Assembly: GCA_001783215.1 (NCBI GenBank)
Contig: MFRA01000001.1
Location: 1 to 60,160 of the forward strand
DNA: 60,160 nt
From: Candidatus Magasanikbacteria bacterium RIFOXYD1_FULL_40_23
GTDB lineage: Bacteria > Patescibacteriota > Patescibacteriia > Magasanikbacterales > GWA2-37-8
Direction: 5' to 3'
Shown here: in pieces, positions 15,674 to 24,618 of the stretch
Layout: each line of letters opens with the position of its first letter
Numbering within the stretch: position 1 is the first letter of the stretch
Notes under the pieces: model-generated
The model's input: the letters and a program-made list of their open reading frames with translations, nothing else
Databases searched by the model: none
What the model was told of the DNA's origin: nothing
Position numbers and translations under genes: made by a program

Positions 15674-15720
15674 TTAACCTACCCTAGTTTGGACGGGTAG
15701 GTTAAATCGTTTTATTTTAT
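15674..15720 (+). terminator. hairpin terminator or attenuator after dnaK
   Basis: ttaacctaccc / gggtaggttaa 11-bp stem followed by T-rich tract. Confidence 0.6.
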
Positions 15721-15737
15721 TTTTTTTAAATTTGCAT

Positions 15738-16214
15738 ATGCCAGAAGGTATAGAAACTAAAGAGTTTGAATTACAGGCTTTTAGAGACGAAATAAAAAAA
15801 TTGGCAGAGCGCAACGAGACTTTGTTTGATGTAAAAAATTTTAATGAGCTTGGAGAAGAGGAAGCTAGAGCTTGGAATATTTATAAGCATCTTTTTAATG
15901 AAGCGTATGAAAGTTTGGATCAGTGCCAATCTTTGGAAGATATAAAGAAAAATAGTGGTGAGTTTACACAGTGTTTGATAAAGCTTGAGGAATTATGGCA
16001 GTTCGTTGCCGACCTTAAAAGATCAATGGCCAAAGTAGAAGGAGCTGAAGAAAAAGATAAATCTAAATTAGAGTTTTTAGCTTGGCTAAGTAGTCTGCTT
16101 ACATTAAAAGCTAATTTATTTTCTTTGATTCATGACCAGGAGTTTTTAGAAGAAAGTGATTTGGTAAAAATTAAAGCAAGCATGCAAATAAAAAAAGATA
16201 GTTTATTGCTATAA
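15738..16214 (+). CDS. hypothetical acidic helical protein between dnaK and dnaJ
   Basis: 158 aa from ATG 15738. No recognisable motif. Confidence 0.65.
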   Translation: MPEGIETKEFELQAFRDEIKKLAERNETLFDVKNFNELGEEEARAWNIYKHLFNEAYESLDQCQSLEDIKKNSGEFTQCLIKLEELWQFVADLKRSMAKVEGAEEKDKSKLEFLAWLSSLLTLKANLFSLIHDQEFLEESDLVKIKASMQIKKDSLLL

Positions 16215-16220
16215 GTATTT

Positions 16221-17279
16221 ATGTCCAAAGATTATTACAAAATTCTCGGTGTTGAAAAAAATGCCTCTACCGATGATATAAAAAAGGCTTTCAAAAAATC
16301 AGCCATGCAGCATCATCCGGATAGGCCGGGTGGAAACGAAGCTAAGTTTAAAGAAATAAACGAAGCCTATCAGGTGCTAAGTGATACTGAAAAACGTCAG
16401 CGCTACGATCAGTTTGGCTCTGAGTTTGAACAGCAAGGTGGATTTGGTCAAGGTGCTGGTGCGAACTGGGGTGGATTTTCTGGTGGCGATTTTGGAGATT
16501 TCGGAGATATTTTTGGAGAATTTTTTGGCGGTCAAGGACGACACACAGGCCCAGCCAGAGGCCAAGATATTCAGGTAGATGTAGAAATAGATTTTAAACA
16601 AGCGGCTTTTGGTATAGAAAAAGAAATTTCTTTACGTAAACAAAATAAATGTGATGTTTGTAGCGGAAGTGGTGGTGAGCCGGGAAGTAAAATAGATACA
16701 TGCTCTACTTGTAAAGGCCAAGGGCAGGTGACTCAAACCCAGCGTACTTTTTTGGGTGCTATGCAAACAGTAGTTGCTTGTAGTGATTGTCATGGCTCTG
16801 GTAAAAAACCTTCCAAAAAATGCAAGCATTGCGGTGGTATGGGTGTAGTAAATAGCGCATCAACTATTAAAGTTAAAATACCTGGCGGCATTGACAATGG
16901 CCAGTCTATAAGGTTAGATAACCAAGGAGAAGCCGCTCCGCATGGTGGTAGAAACGGCAGCCTATATGTCCGTGTACGGGTAAAACCACTGGATGGCTTT
17001 ATACGCGAAGGTTATGATGTATACACCGAAGAAGAAATTAGCTATCCGCAAGCTGTGCTAGGCGACAAAATAGAAGTGCAAACCTTGGATGAAAAAGTAA
17101 AGTTGCTTGTGCCAGAGGGTGTAGAGTCCGGCCAGCTAATCAGAATAAAGGGTAAGGGCATCCAACATCTGGAAAGAAATAGTCGTGGCGATCATTATGT
17201 AAAGATTAAGATTAGAGTTCCGAAAAAAATTAGCAAAGAAGTAAGGAAGAAATTGGAAGAATTAAAAAATGAATTGTAA
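16221..17279 (+). CDS. dnaJ: molecular chaperone DnaJ
   Basis: 352 aa. J domain with HPD, G/F region, four CxxCxGxG zinc motifs. Confidence 0.95.
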   Translation: MSKDYYKILGVEKNASTDDIKKAFKKSAMQHHPDRPGGNEAKFKEINEAYQVLSDTEKRQRYDQFGSEFEQQGGFGQGAGANWGGFSGGDFGDFGDIFGEFFGGQGRHTGPARGQDIQVDVEIDFKQAAFGIEKEISLRKQNKCDVCSGSGGEPGSKIDTCSTCKGQGQVTQTQRTFLGAMQTVVACSDCHGSGKKPSKKCKHCGGMGVVNSASTIKVKIPGGIDNGQSIRLDNQGEAAPHGGRNGSLYVRVRVKPLDGFIREGYDVYTEEEISYPQAVLGDKIEVQTLDEKVKLLVPEGVESGQLIRIKGKGIQHLERNSRGDHYVKIKIRVPKKISKEVRKKLEELKNEL

Positions 17280-17285
17280 AGTTGT

Positions 17286-17373
17286 GTCGTTAGTGTAAAA
17301 TAGTTTGCGTCCATATTCTCTTAGGTTTTCACTTGGGGGCGCGATGGGCGCAAAAACATTTTACACTAACGAC
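17286..17373. other. 88-nt long imperfect hairpin (about 30 bp) followed by T-run
   Basis: gtcgttagtgtaaaatagtttgcgtccat ... atgggcgcaaaaacattttacactaacgac. The outer 16 bp are perfect. Confidence 0.7.
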
Positions 17374-17387
17374 TTTTGTTTTTATTT

Positions 17388-17897
17388 ATGGATAAATATA
17401 AGTTAAAAAAAGAATTTGAAAAGTTTTATAATTCTCATGTAGACAAAGTTTATCGCTTTGTTTTTTTTCGCGTAAATTGTAATAAAGAGCTGGCTCAGGA
17501 TTTGGTTTCGGAAATATTTCTAAAAGCTATGGAGCACTTTACGGATTATGACGAGAATTTAAGCAAATCTGCCTGGATAATGACCATATCCAAGAATCAC
17601 CTAGCTAATTATTGGCGTGACAAGAAGCCGACAAGTGAAATACCCGAAGACGAAGATGGGTTAGCGGAAGGTTTTTGGCTAAAATCAGCGATTAATTCGT
17701 TTAAAAGAGAAAAAAATAAGCATGAACTGAATAGTTTTTTGGAAGCACTGGATGAAGAAAGTCGGGAAATTGTAACTTTTCACTATATTCTCGGGTATAG
17801 TTATGCAGAGATAGCCAGTATGAGAGGAATGACCGAGACGGCAGTAAAAGTCGCATCTCATCGGGCTATTAAAAAACTCTATACAAACAACGTATGA
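17388..17897 (+). CDS. RNA polymerase sigma factor, ECF/sigma-70 family
   Basis: 169 aa from ATG 17388. Region 2 (VYRFVFFRV..DLVSEIFLKA) and region 4 HTH (YSYAEIASMRGMTETAVKVASHRAIKKL). Confidence 0.85.
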   Translation: MDKYKLKKEFEKFYNSHVDKVYRFVFFRVNCNKELAQDLVSEIFLKAMEHFTDYDENLSKSAWIMTISKNHLANYWRDKKPTSEIPEDEDGLAEGFWLKSAINSFKREKNKHELNSFLEALDEESREIVTFHYILGYSYAEIASMRGMTETAVKVASHRAIKKLYTNNV

Positions 17898-18631
17898 TGA
17901 ACTTAAAAACTAGATTCAATTTGTGGAAATTAAAGAAAAGCTCCGGTCCGAGTATGGCTTTTAAGTTTGGTTTAAGTAGGAAGTTAGACGCCGCTTGGGA
18001 CGCCAAGCATGGTCGCTTGCCTTGGTATCAGTTGGTAGCGCTTCATAAAGTAGGTGCTTTTGCTGTGGTGGTATTGCTCTTAGCTACTAGTGGTGGGGCC
18101 TATGCGTATAATAGCACCGAGGTAACCGAAGGGACTGCGCTCTACAGTGTAAAAGAAGCGATAGAAAAAGTAGAAGAGGTTACCAAAGTAACTCCAGAAG
18201 CCAAAGCCAAGTTTTATCTTAAGAAAATAGAACGACGCGAGGCCGAACAGGAAATACTTAAGAAAAAAATGCCTGTCGTGGAGCTAAGAAAAGAAATCAA
18301 GAGTATTGAAAAAGATGCGAAAGTGGGAACTCAAGAAAAACTAAAAGCAGAAGTAGAAGAACGTAAAATACGCAGAACAGAAAAATCTATAGAAAGAGTT
18401 GAAGAGCAGCTTGAGAAAGCTCGTCAGATTATGGAAAAAACAGAATCAAAAAATATTAAATTAAGAGAAGAGATAAAATTTAAAGTGGAAGAAAGATTAG
18501 AGAAAAGAAAAAAACAACTAGAGATTAAAGTTGAAGAGCAAAAAGAAAAGCGGGAGGATTTAAAAGAAGAGAGGCAAAGTAGAATTAATGAAAGAAAAGA
18601 AAAAAGATTACAAATAGAGAGAAGTTTTTAA
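17894..18631 (+). CDS. putative anti-sigma factor (single TM, K/E-rich coiled coil)
   Basis: ATGA overlap with the sigma gene. One TM (VGAFAVVVLLLATSGGAYA). Role inferred from position only. Confidence 0.45.
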   Translation: MMNLKTRFNLWKLKKSSGPSMAFKFGLSRKLDAAWDAKHGRLPWYQLVALHKVGAFAVVVLLLATSGGAYAYNSTEVTEGTALYSVKEAIEKVEEVTKVTPEAKAKFYLKKIERREAEQEILKKKMPVVELRKEIKSIEKDAKVGTQEKLKAEVEERKIRRTEKSIERVEEQLEKARQIMEKTESKNIKLREEIKFKVEERLEKRKKQLEIKVEEQKEKREDLKEERQSRINERKEKRLQIERSF

Positions 18632-18647
18632 TTAACCTTTATATCGT

Positions 18648-19781
18648 ATGTTAAAAAAATATATTATTCTATCGCTAGTTGCAGTTATGTCGTTAGGTTC
18701 GCTTACCCCGGCTTTGGCTCATGACGGTAATGACAAGGGCAATAACGGTAAAAGAGAAGTTGCACAAGCAAAAAAAGAACTTAAAAAAGAGATAAAAGAA
18801 GAGAGAAAAGAAATGAGGGAAGAGGTGAGGGATGAGGTTAAAGACAAGTTGGAAGCTTTAAAGAAAGCTTTGAAGTTCACTCCGAGATCGCTCTCCTTTA
18901 CTGCTAAGTTGGTAAGTGTAAGTAATGTTACTACCACCCCATCTTCAACCGAAATAGTTGTAAGTGTTGCCAGAGTATTCCCTGTTAGACATAAACAAAT
19001 TCCAACTTCTACTATAAATTATCCGGAAAAAGATAAGAATATTACTTTAAAAATTTCTGATAAAACTACTCTTGTTCGGGCTTATGGTGGCAAGATGAAA
19101 TTGTCAGAAATGGCCGTGGGCGACCAGCTACATATTGTGGCAAAGTTCAATGCAGACGGTTCTCTCGATGTAAGAGTTTTAAGAGATAATTCTTTGCATA
19201 TTATTTTGCACAAGAGTGGTATGGTAGAAAGTATAAATACTAGCGATTTATCTTTTGTCTTAAAACAATCAAATAGAGTTTTGACTGTAAATACAGATGG
19301 AGAAACTAAGTTTTATATGAAACGCACTACCACAACTTCCTTTGCCGATTTGAAAGTCGGAGATAAAGTTAGTGTAGAAGGAATAATCAACCTTAATTCA
19401 AAGACGGTAAAGGCTCGCTCTGTGACTATTAGTAAAAGAGCTCCTGTTGCCCCAACTTCTACACCAACCCCTACTTCTACTCCTGCTGACACAACCCCTC
19501 CTACCGGAACTATATCTATAAATGCAGGTGCTACCACTACTACTCTTGTTACTACCACCCTTACACTTTCTGCTACAGATAATGCTTCTGGCGTTGCTCA
19601 AATGAGATTCTCAAATGACGGTGTAAACTTTAGTGCGCCTGTGCAGTATGTCACTTCTGCCTCTTGGACACTTGCGAGTGGCAATGGTCTAAAGACTGTA
19701 TATGTTCAGTATAGAGATGGTGCTGGCAATTGGTCTTCAGCTGTTATTGCTGATACAATCGAGCTCTCATTGGCTATCTAA
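18648..19781 (+). CDS. secreted protein with DUF5666-like beta domains, T/P linker and C-terminal Ig-like domain
   Basis: Signal peptide ...TPALA/HDG. VGDQLHIVAKF..DVRVL and VGDKVSVEG repeats. TPTPTSTP linker. MRFSNDG..KTVYVQYRDGAGNWS motif. Confidence 0.7.
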   Translation: MLKKYIILSLVAVMSLGSLTPALAHDGNDKGNNGKREVAQAKKELKKEIKEERKEMREEVRDEVKDKLEALKKALKFTPRSLSFTAKLVSVSNVTTTPSSTEIVVSVARVFPVRHKQIPTSTINYPEKDKNITLKISDKTTLVRAYGGKMKLSEMAVGDQLHIVAKFNADGSLDVRVLRDNSLHIILHKSGMVESINTSDLSFVLKQSNRVLTVNTDGETKFYMKRTTTTSFADLKVGDKVSVEGIINLNSKTVKARSVTISKRAPVAPTSTPTPTSTPADTTPPTGTISINAGATTTTLVTTTLTLSATDNASGVAQMRFSNDGVNFSAPVQYVTSASWTLASGNGLKTVYVQYRDGAGNWSSAVIADTIELSLAI

Positions 19782-19796
19782 TACTCTAAATCAAAA

Positions 19797-19835
19797 TAAA
19801 AAGTGCTGCTTGAATAAAGTGGCACTTTTTATTTT
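19797..19835. terminator. bidirectional terminator between convergent genes
   Basis: aaaaagtgc...gcacttttt stem flanked by A- and T-runs. Confidence 0.65.
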
Positions 19836-19872
19836 CGAGCGTATCTAGAAAATACCTTAGTATTTTCTTTTT

Positions 19873-20274
19873 TTATCTTCTTTCATCCAACGCTTTGTTT
19901 ACCCAAGAGTCTGCTTCTTTATTATTTTCACGACGCGTATGTTTGAAAACAACCTTTTTAAATTGAGTGCTTAGATTGTATGCCTGTATATATAATTTTT
20001 GTAGAGTTGGTTCTTTTACCTTGTATTGTCTATTCATTTGCTTGGTTACCAGTTCACTATCCATAACACACTCTACTTCTGTGGCGCCTAACTCTTTGGC
20101 TTTTTGCATGGCCGAAATCAGGGCAGAGTACTCGGCGTAGTTATTTGTTTGTTCTCCTAGATATTTACCGTACCCAGAGATGGTTTTGCCGGATGTGTCT
20201 TTGATTACAACGCCCAAGGCAGCTGGTCCAGGGTTGCCTCGTGCCCCCCCGTCGGTATATGTTATTAGTTTCAT
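19873..20274 (-). CDS. rnhA: ribonuclease HI
   Basis: 133 aa. TDGGARGNPGPA, NNYAEY, MDSELV and KEADS provide DEDD-type residues. Confidence 0.9.
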   Translation of the reverse strand: MKLITYTDGGARGNPGPAALGVVIKDTSGKTISGYGKYLGEQTNNYAEYSALISAMQKAKELGATEVECVMDSELVTKQMNRQYKVKEPTLQKLYIQAYNLSTQFKKVVFKHTRRENNKEADSWVNKALDERR

Positions 20275-20276
20275 AT

Positions 20277-20356
20277 TCGAAATGAATGAGTGTATAAGTA
20301 AGTTAACTTACTTAGTACCGAATGAATGAGAATATATGTGGCGGAGCCCCTATATA
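20277..20356 (+). repeat. intergenic repeat family 2, diverged copy B
   Basis: GAATGAATGAG..TAAGTAAGTTAACTTACTTA..CGAATGAATGAG..ATATATGTGGCGGAGCCCCTATATA. Confidence 0.6.
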
Positions 20357-20360
20357 ATCT

Positions 20361-20461
20361 GTCATGCTGAATCATATTTCAGCATCTAGTTAATTAAATA
20401 GTTTTCCAGAGATCCTGAAACAAGTTCAGAGCCTGCACTGAGCCGTAGCGAACGTGATGAC
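20361..20461. repeat. palindromic repeat related to family 1 (diverged)
   Basis: GTCATGCTGAATCATATTTCAGCATC ... CTGAAACAAGTTCAG ... GTGATGAC. Same GTCAT...ATGAC termini. Confidence 0.45.
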
Positions 20462-20462
20462 A

Positions 20463-21863
20463 TTAGTAGTTAAGTTTCCAGATCCCGTTTTTATTTTTGT
20501 TTATAAAGTATATGATTTTATTTTGAGTATCAGCTGCAGATGTAATGATTCTTTCGTTAATTATGTCGTGGCTTACAGAGTAATAAGGAAACAGAGCGGT
20601 AGATTTATCGGCCCATACAAGCCCTAGCGTATTGTGTTCATCCAAGGGCATTGCTTGTTGCAGCTGTTCACCGGAGCGGTTCAGAAGGTATGGTTCTTCA
20701 TTTTGGCTATATGTCCAAAGTTCCCATTGCGACCACATTAGCCACCAGTTGTTGTATTTAGAAATGACAAATTTTTCGGCCGGTACTTTATGCTTGCTAT
20801 TTTCTGTAACTAGAAGCATCTTTGAATTTTTGCTTGTCTTTAGTAATAGAGTATTTTCTCGTGCTGCCAGTATTTGTAAATTATTTTCTATTTGGTCTAT
20901 ATTATTATTTTCGGAATCTAAATCTGTACTATCCAAGGTGTTAAATGTAGAATTAAAACCAAGTGTATCTCTAACAATTATATATTGTTTTTTGGAAGGG
21001 TTGGGTTGTACGGTCCAGAGCTGGTCGCTTTCCATGTACCAATCAGTATAAATATTTTTTGTTATAATTTGAGACTTATCGGTAATCGGGGAATATAAAT
21101 ATATATTTTCTCTGGTGCTATAATATAATTTTGGCTCAGAAGAATTGCTCCAATGGAATTTTTTTATTGGAGCGTTGTTTTTGGCTATGTCTGTTTGTTT
21201 TAGAGGGTCGGCTGGATTAAATAAAATAAATTTTGAATAAGATAAATCTTTGCCGTAGTCTTGAGCTCTGGCGGGTAAAACTTTTTCGTATATAAGTGCG
21301 TAATTATTTTCTTCTGCCCAGGCTATTTCTATGCGTTTGGAGTTTTCTATATTTGAGATAAGTTGATTTTCTCCAGATATATTATTCCAAAGCCAAACTT
21401 CGGTGTTGTTATTTTTTTGGATTGTATAAAGGATAAATGATCCGTCATAGGATAGGGCAAAGTTGTTTATCTTGCTATCTATTAGGGACTGAGGCTTATT
21501 TTTTTTAAGCAAACTTATTTCCTTTATGTAGTTTGTTTGCTTATTTTTTACTTCAATTTCTTTTATCCAATCAAAATATCCTGGCAATGTAATACGCAGA
21601 TTATATTTAGCTGGTACGATATTGTTTAATCGGATAGGTAGCTTTTCTTGTAGTTTAATGTTGTTTAAGTATGCCTCGGCATTTTTTGGTTCAATATCAA
21701 TATTAATGGATCCGGTTTCTTTTAATAAGCCATTATGCCAGTCGTAGCGATATCCGGCAGTGTACATTATAATAGCCGGTGAAATTATAAAAAAAGCCAC
21801 TATAAATATTATAAGTAGTGCTAGGCGAATAGGACGTCTAAATTTTGTACCAGGGTATTCCAC
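20463..21863 (-). CDS. membrane-anchored PEGA-domain protein with beta-propeller-like C-terminal region
   Basis: 466 aa, GTG start, N-terminal TM. PEGA-like segment (IEPKNAEAYLNN...YNLRITLPGYFDW). Confidence 0.75.
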   Translation of the reverse strand: MEYPGTKFRRPIRLALLIIFIVAFFIISPAIIMYTAGYRYDWHNGLLKETGSINIDIEPKNAEAYLNNIKLQEKLPIRLNNIVPAKYNLRITLPGYFDWIKEIEVKNKQTNYIKEISLLKKNKPQSLIDSKINNFALSYDGSFILYTIQKNNNTEVWLWNNISGENQLISNIENSKRIEIAWAEENNYALIYEKVLPARAQDYGKDLSYSKFILFNPADPLKQTDIAKNNAPIKKFHWSNSSEPKLYYSTRENIYLYSPITDKSQIITKNIYTDWYMESDQLWTVQPNPSKKQYIIVRDTLGFNSTFNTLDSTDLDSENNNIDQIENNLQILAARENTLLLKTSKNSKMLLVTENSKHKVPAEKFVISKYNNWWLMWSQWELWTYSQNEEPYLLNRSGEQLQQAMPLDEHNTLGLVWADKSTALFPYYSVSHDIINERIITSAADTQNKIIYFINKNKNGIWKLNY

Positions 21864-21913
21864 GTGGTGTTAGGTTAAAGGAAAAAAGGTAGAAACAGGC
21901 GGAAAAGGTGGCT

Positions 21914-21942
21914 TTGACTTGAGGTTAAATTTGTAATATACT
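21914..21942 (+). promoter_or_regulatory. sigma70-like promoter of murA
   Basis: TTGACT 21914-21919, 17 nt, TATACT 21937-21942. Confidence 0.6.
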
Positions 21943-21962
21943 AATAATCATTGTGAAGTGAT

Positions 21963-21986
21963 AAATAGGCTATAAATAGCCTATTT
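21963..21986. repeat. perfect 11-bp-arm palindrome in the murA leader
   Basis: AAATAGGCTAT-AA-ATAGCCTATTT. Confidence 0.7.
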
Positions 21987-22044
21987 AGAATAGGTAGTCA
22001 ATACGCTTGATATACTATCAAAAATAAGAGAATAGTCAAAGAAT

Positions 22045-23334
22045 ATGCCAAATTTAGCCATTAATGGAGGTAAAAAATTAACTGGTCAAATAGTTAATCA
22101 GTCATCCAAAAATTCAGCGGTGGCTATTTTGTGTGCTTCTCTTTTGGTGCGAGGCAAAACTGTTTTATCAAAGGTTCCTCAGATAGAAGAGGTAAATCGC
22201 ATCCTTGAACTTCTAACCAGTTTGGGCGTAAAGATAGAAAAATTAGGTCCAGGTAAAATAAGTTTGGATACTAGTGTTAATTTAAAGCTAGATAGTATAG
22301 ACAGGCACGCCTCCGAAGTTACCAGATCTTCGTTGCTTTTGCTCGGCGCTCTTGCATCTCACAAAGTTAATTACAAGCTTTATAAATCCGGCGGTTGTCG
22401 TTTGGGAGAACGCACAGTACGTCCTCATTTGTATGCCTTGGAAAAATTTGGAGTAAGTGTTGTTTCCAAACAAGAGTTTTACGAAGTTAAAAATAACCCT
22501 TTGCGCGCTGCCGAAATTGTAATGTATGAATCGGGCGACACTCCTACCGAAAATGCAATTATGGCCGCAGTTTTGGCTCCAGGCAAAACTATTATTCGCA
22601 TGGCTTCGGCCAACTATATGGTGCAAGACCTGTGTTATTTTTTGCGTGAGGCCGGAGCCAAAATACAGGGTGTTGGCAGCACTACTTTGGAAGTAGAAGG
22701 TGTTAAACAATTAAAACAAAATGTTAATTATTCTATAATGCCAGACCCGATAGCGGCCATGACATTTTTATCTGTAGCGATCGCTACCAGATCTCACCTT
22801 ACAGTCAAAAATTGCCCTTTGGATTTTTTGGATTTAGAATTGTATAAGTTAGAAAAAATGGGGCAAAAATTTGAGGTTAAACCAGAAAAACACGAAAGAT
22901 TTCGTATGGCTAGTATAGAAGTTTGGCCTTCCAAACTTAAAGCTCTGCCAGACAAGATTTATGGACGACCATTTCCTGGATTAAATTTAGACAACTTGCC
23001 GTTATTTGTTCCTATCTTGGCCAAAGCCAGAGGACGTACTTTGGTGCACGATTGGGCTTACGAAAATAGATCTGTATATTATTTGGAAATGCAAAAATTA
23101 GGTGTCAAAATTACTCTACTTGATTTGCATAGAGCTTGGGTAGAAGGTCCGACTGTTTTTAAAGCCAACGAGGTAGTTTGTCCGCCAGCGTTGCGTCCAG
23201 CTGTAAATATACTTATCGGAATGTTGGCAGCCAAAGGCAAATCTATTTTGCGCAATACCTATGTTATAGATCGTGGCTACGAAAATTTATACGAAGTATT
23301 AAACAAAGCCGGTGCAGATATTAAATTAATATAA
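22045..23334 (+). CDS. murA: UDP-N-acetylglucosamine 1-carboxyvinyltransferase
   Basis: 429 aa. EPSP-synthase-like fold pattern, active-site KSGGCRLGERTV. Confidence 0.93.
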   Translation: MPNLAINGGKKLTGQIVNQSSKNSAVAILCASLLVRGKTVLSKVPQIEEVNRILELLTSLGVKIEKLGPGKISLDTSVNLKLDSIDRHASEVTRSSLLLLGALASHKVNYKLYKSGGCRLGERTVRPHLYALEKFGVSVVSKQEFYEVKNNPLRAAEIVMYESGDTPTENAIMAAVLAPGKTIIRMASANYMVQDLCYFLREAGAKIQGVGSTTLEVEGVKQLKQNVNYSIMPDPIAAMTFLSVAIATRSHLTVKNCPLDFLDLELYKLEKMGQKFEVKPEKHERFRMASIEVWPSKLKALPDKIYGRPFPGLNLDNLPLFVPILAKARGRTLVHDWAYENRSVYYLEMQKLGVKITLLDLHRAWVEGPTVFKANEVVCPPALRPAVNILIGMLAAKGKSILRNTYVIDRGYENLYEVLNKAGADIKLI

Positions 23335-23348
23335 CCCTTTTTAATTTT

Positions 23349-24611
23349 ATGCCAGATATTTCTCCTGTAAAGATTAGGGCAAAAAAATATGCCGGTGTTT
23401 ACTTGGCTGTAATTTTATTTATCATTTCTTTTGGGTCCGGAGTCTTGATAGGCAAGACCTGGCATATCAAAAAACAGCTCACTGCTTCTAGTGGTGGTGT
23501 AGAGATGGAGAGAATTCTTAATTTAAAACGCAGTACCAATAATTCCTCAGTTGAATTTGATCAGTTTTGGGATGTTTGGGATAAAATTAAAACAAAATAT
23601 GTAAAGCAACCCGTGCAAGATGTGGATATGTTTTATGGGGCAGTGCAGGGGTTAGTATCATCTCTGGGTGATCCTTATTCTTTGTATTTTCCTCCAAAAG
23701 AAGCGGAGCAATTTGCCAAAGATTTATCCGGAGAATTAGAAGGTATTGGCGCGGAAATAGGTGTAAAAGAAGAGCAGTTAGTGGTTGTATCACCGTTGCC
23801 TGATTCGCCTGCAGAAAAAGCCGGATTACGACCAGGAGATAAAATTTTGTTTATAGATAAAGAAAGTTCTTTTGGTATGGATGTTGGTACAGCGGTAAGC
23901 AAAATTAGAGGAAAGGCCAATACGCAGGTGGTGCTTACTATCGCCAGAGATGGTGTAAAAGATGCCAAAGAAATTACTATTACTAGATTAAAAATAACTA
24001 TTCCTGCTATTTTATTTTCGTCCAAACCAAACGACATTGCTTATTTGCGAGTTATGCAGTTTAACGACGAAACTACCAGAGAATTAAATAAATATATTAA
24101 ACAAATTAAATCTCGCCAGACCAAGGGAATTATTTTGGATTTAAGAAATAACCCAGGTGGTTATTTGGATACTTCTATAGAAATGGCCAGTCAGTGGATA
24201 ACAAGCGGGGTAGTGGTAAGTGAAAAAGGAAGAGCTGGTATAAGTAATGAGCACAAAACTTTTGGTTCACACCCATTATCCGATATAAGAACTGTAGTTT
24301 TGGTAAACAAAGGGTCTGCCTCTGCTTCCGAAATTGTGGCTGGCGCTTTGCAAGATACCAAAAAAGGCGTCCTGATTGGTGAGCAAACTTATGGCAAAGG
24401 TTCAGTTCAAGATTTGGAAACTTTCCCAGATGGTTCTGCTTTAAAATTAACAATAGCCGAATGGTTTACTCCAAACGGTAAAAATATAAACAAAGAAGGA
24501 ATTAAGCCTGATATAGAAATTAAAGAAGATTGGGAGAATGAAAAAGTGGGTGAAGATGCAGTTTTGGATGCGGCCTTAAATTTATTTGCTTCTACAACTT
24601 TTAAGTGGTAA
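23349..24611 (+). CDS. carboxy-terminal processing protease (S41) with PDZ domain
   Basis: 420 aa. N-terminal TM, PDZ (GLRPGDKIL), GSASASEIVAGAL catalytic Ser region. Confidence 0.9.
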   Translation: MPDISPVKIRAKKYAGVYLAVILFIISFGSGVLIGKTWHIKKQLTASSGGVEMERILNLKRSTNNSSVEFDQFWDVWDKIKTKYVKQPVQDVDMFYGAVQGLVSSLGDPYSLYFPPKEAEQFAKDLSGELEGIGAEIGVKEEQLVVVSPLPDSPAEKAGLRPGDKILFIDKESSFGMDVGTAVSKIRGKANTQVVLTIARDGVKDAKEITITRLKITIPAILFSSKPNDIAYLRVMQFNDETTRELNKYIKQIKSRQTKGIILDLRNNPGGYLDTSIEMASQWITSGVVVSEKGRAGISNEHKTFGSHPLSDIRTVVLVNKGSASASEIVAGALQDTKKGVLIGEQTYGKGSVQDLETFPDGSALKLTIAEWFTPNGKNINKEGIKPDIEIKEDWENEKVGEDAVLDAALNLFASTTFKW

Positions 24612-24618
24612 TTCTAGA

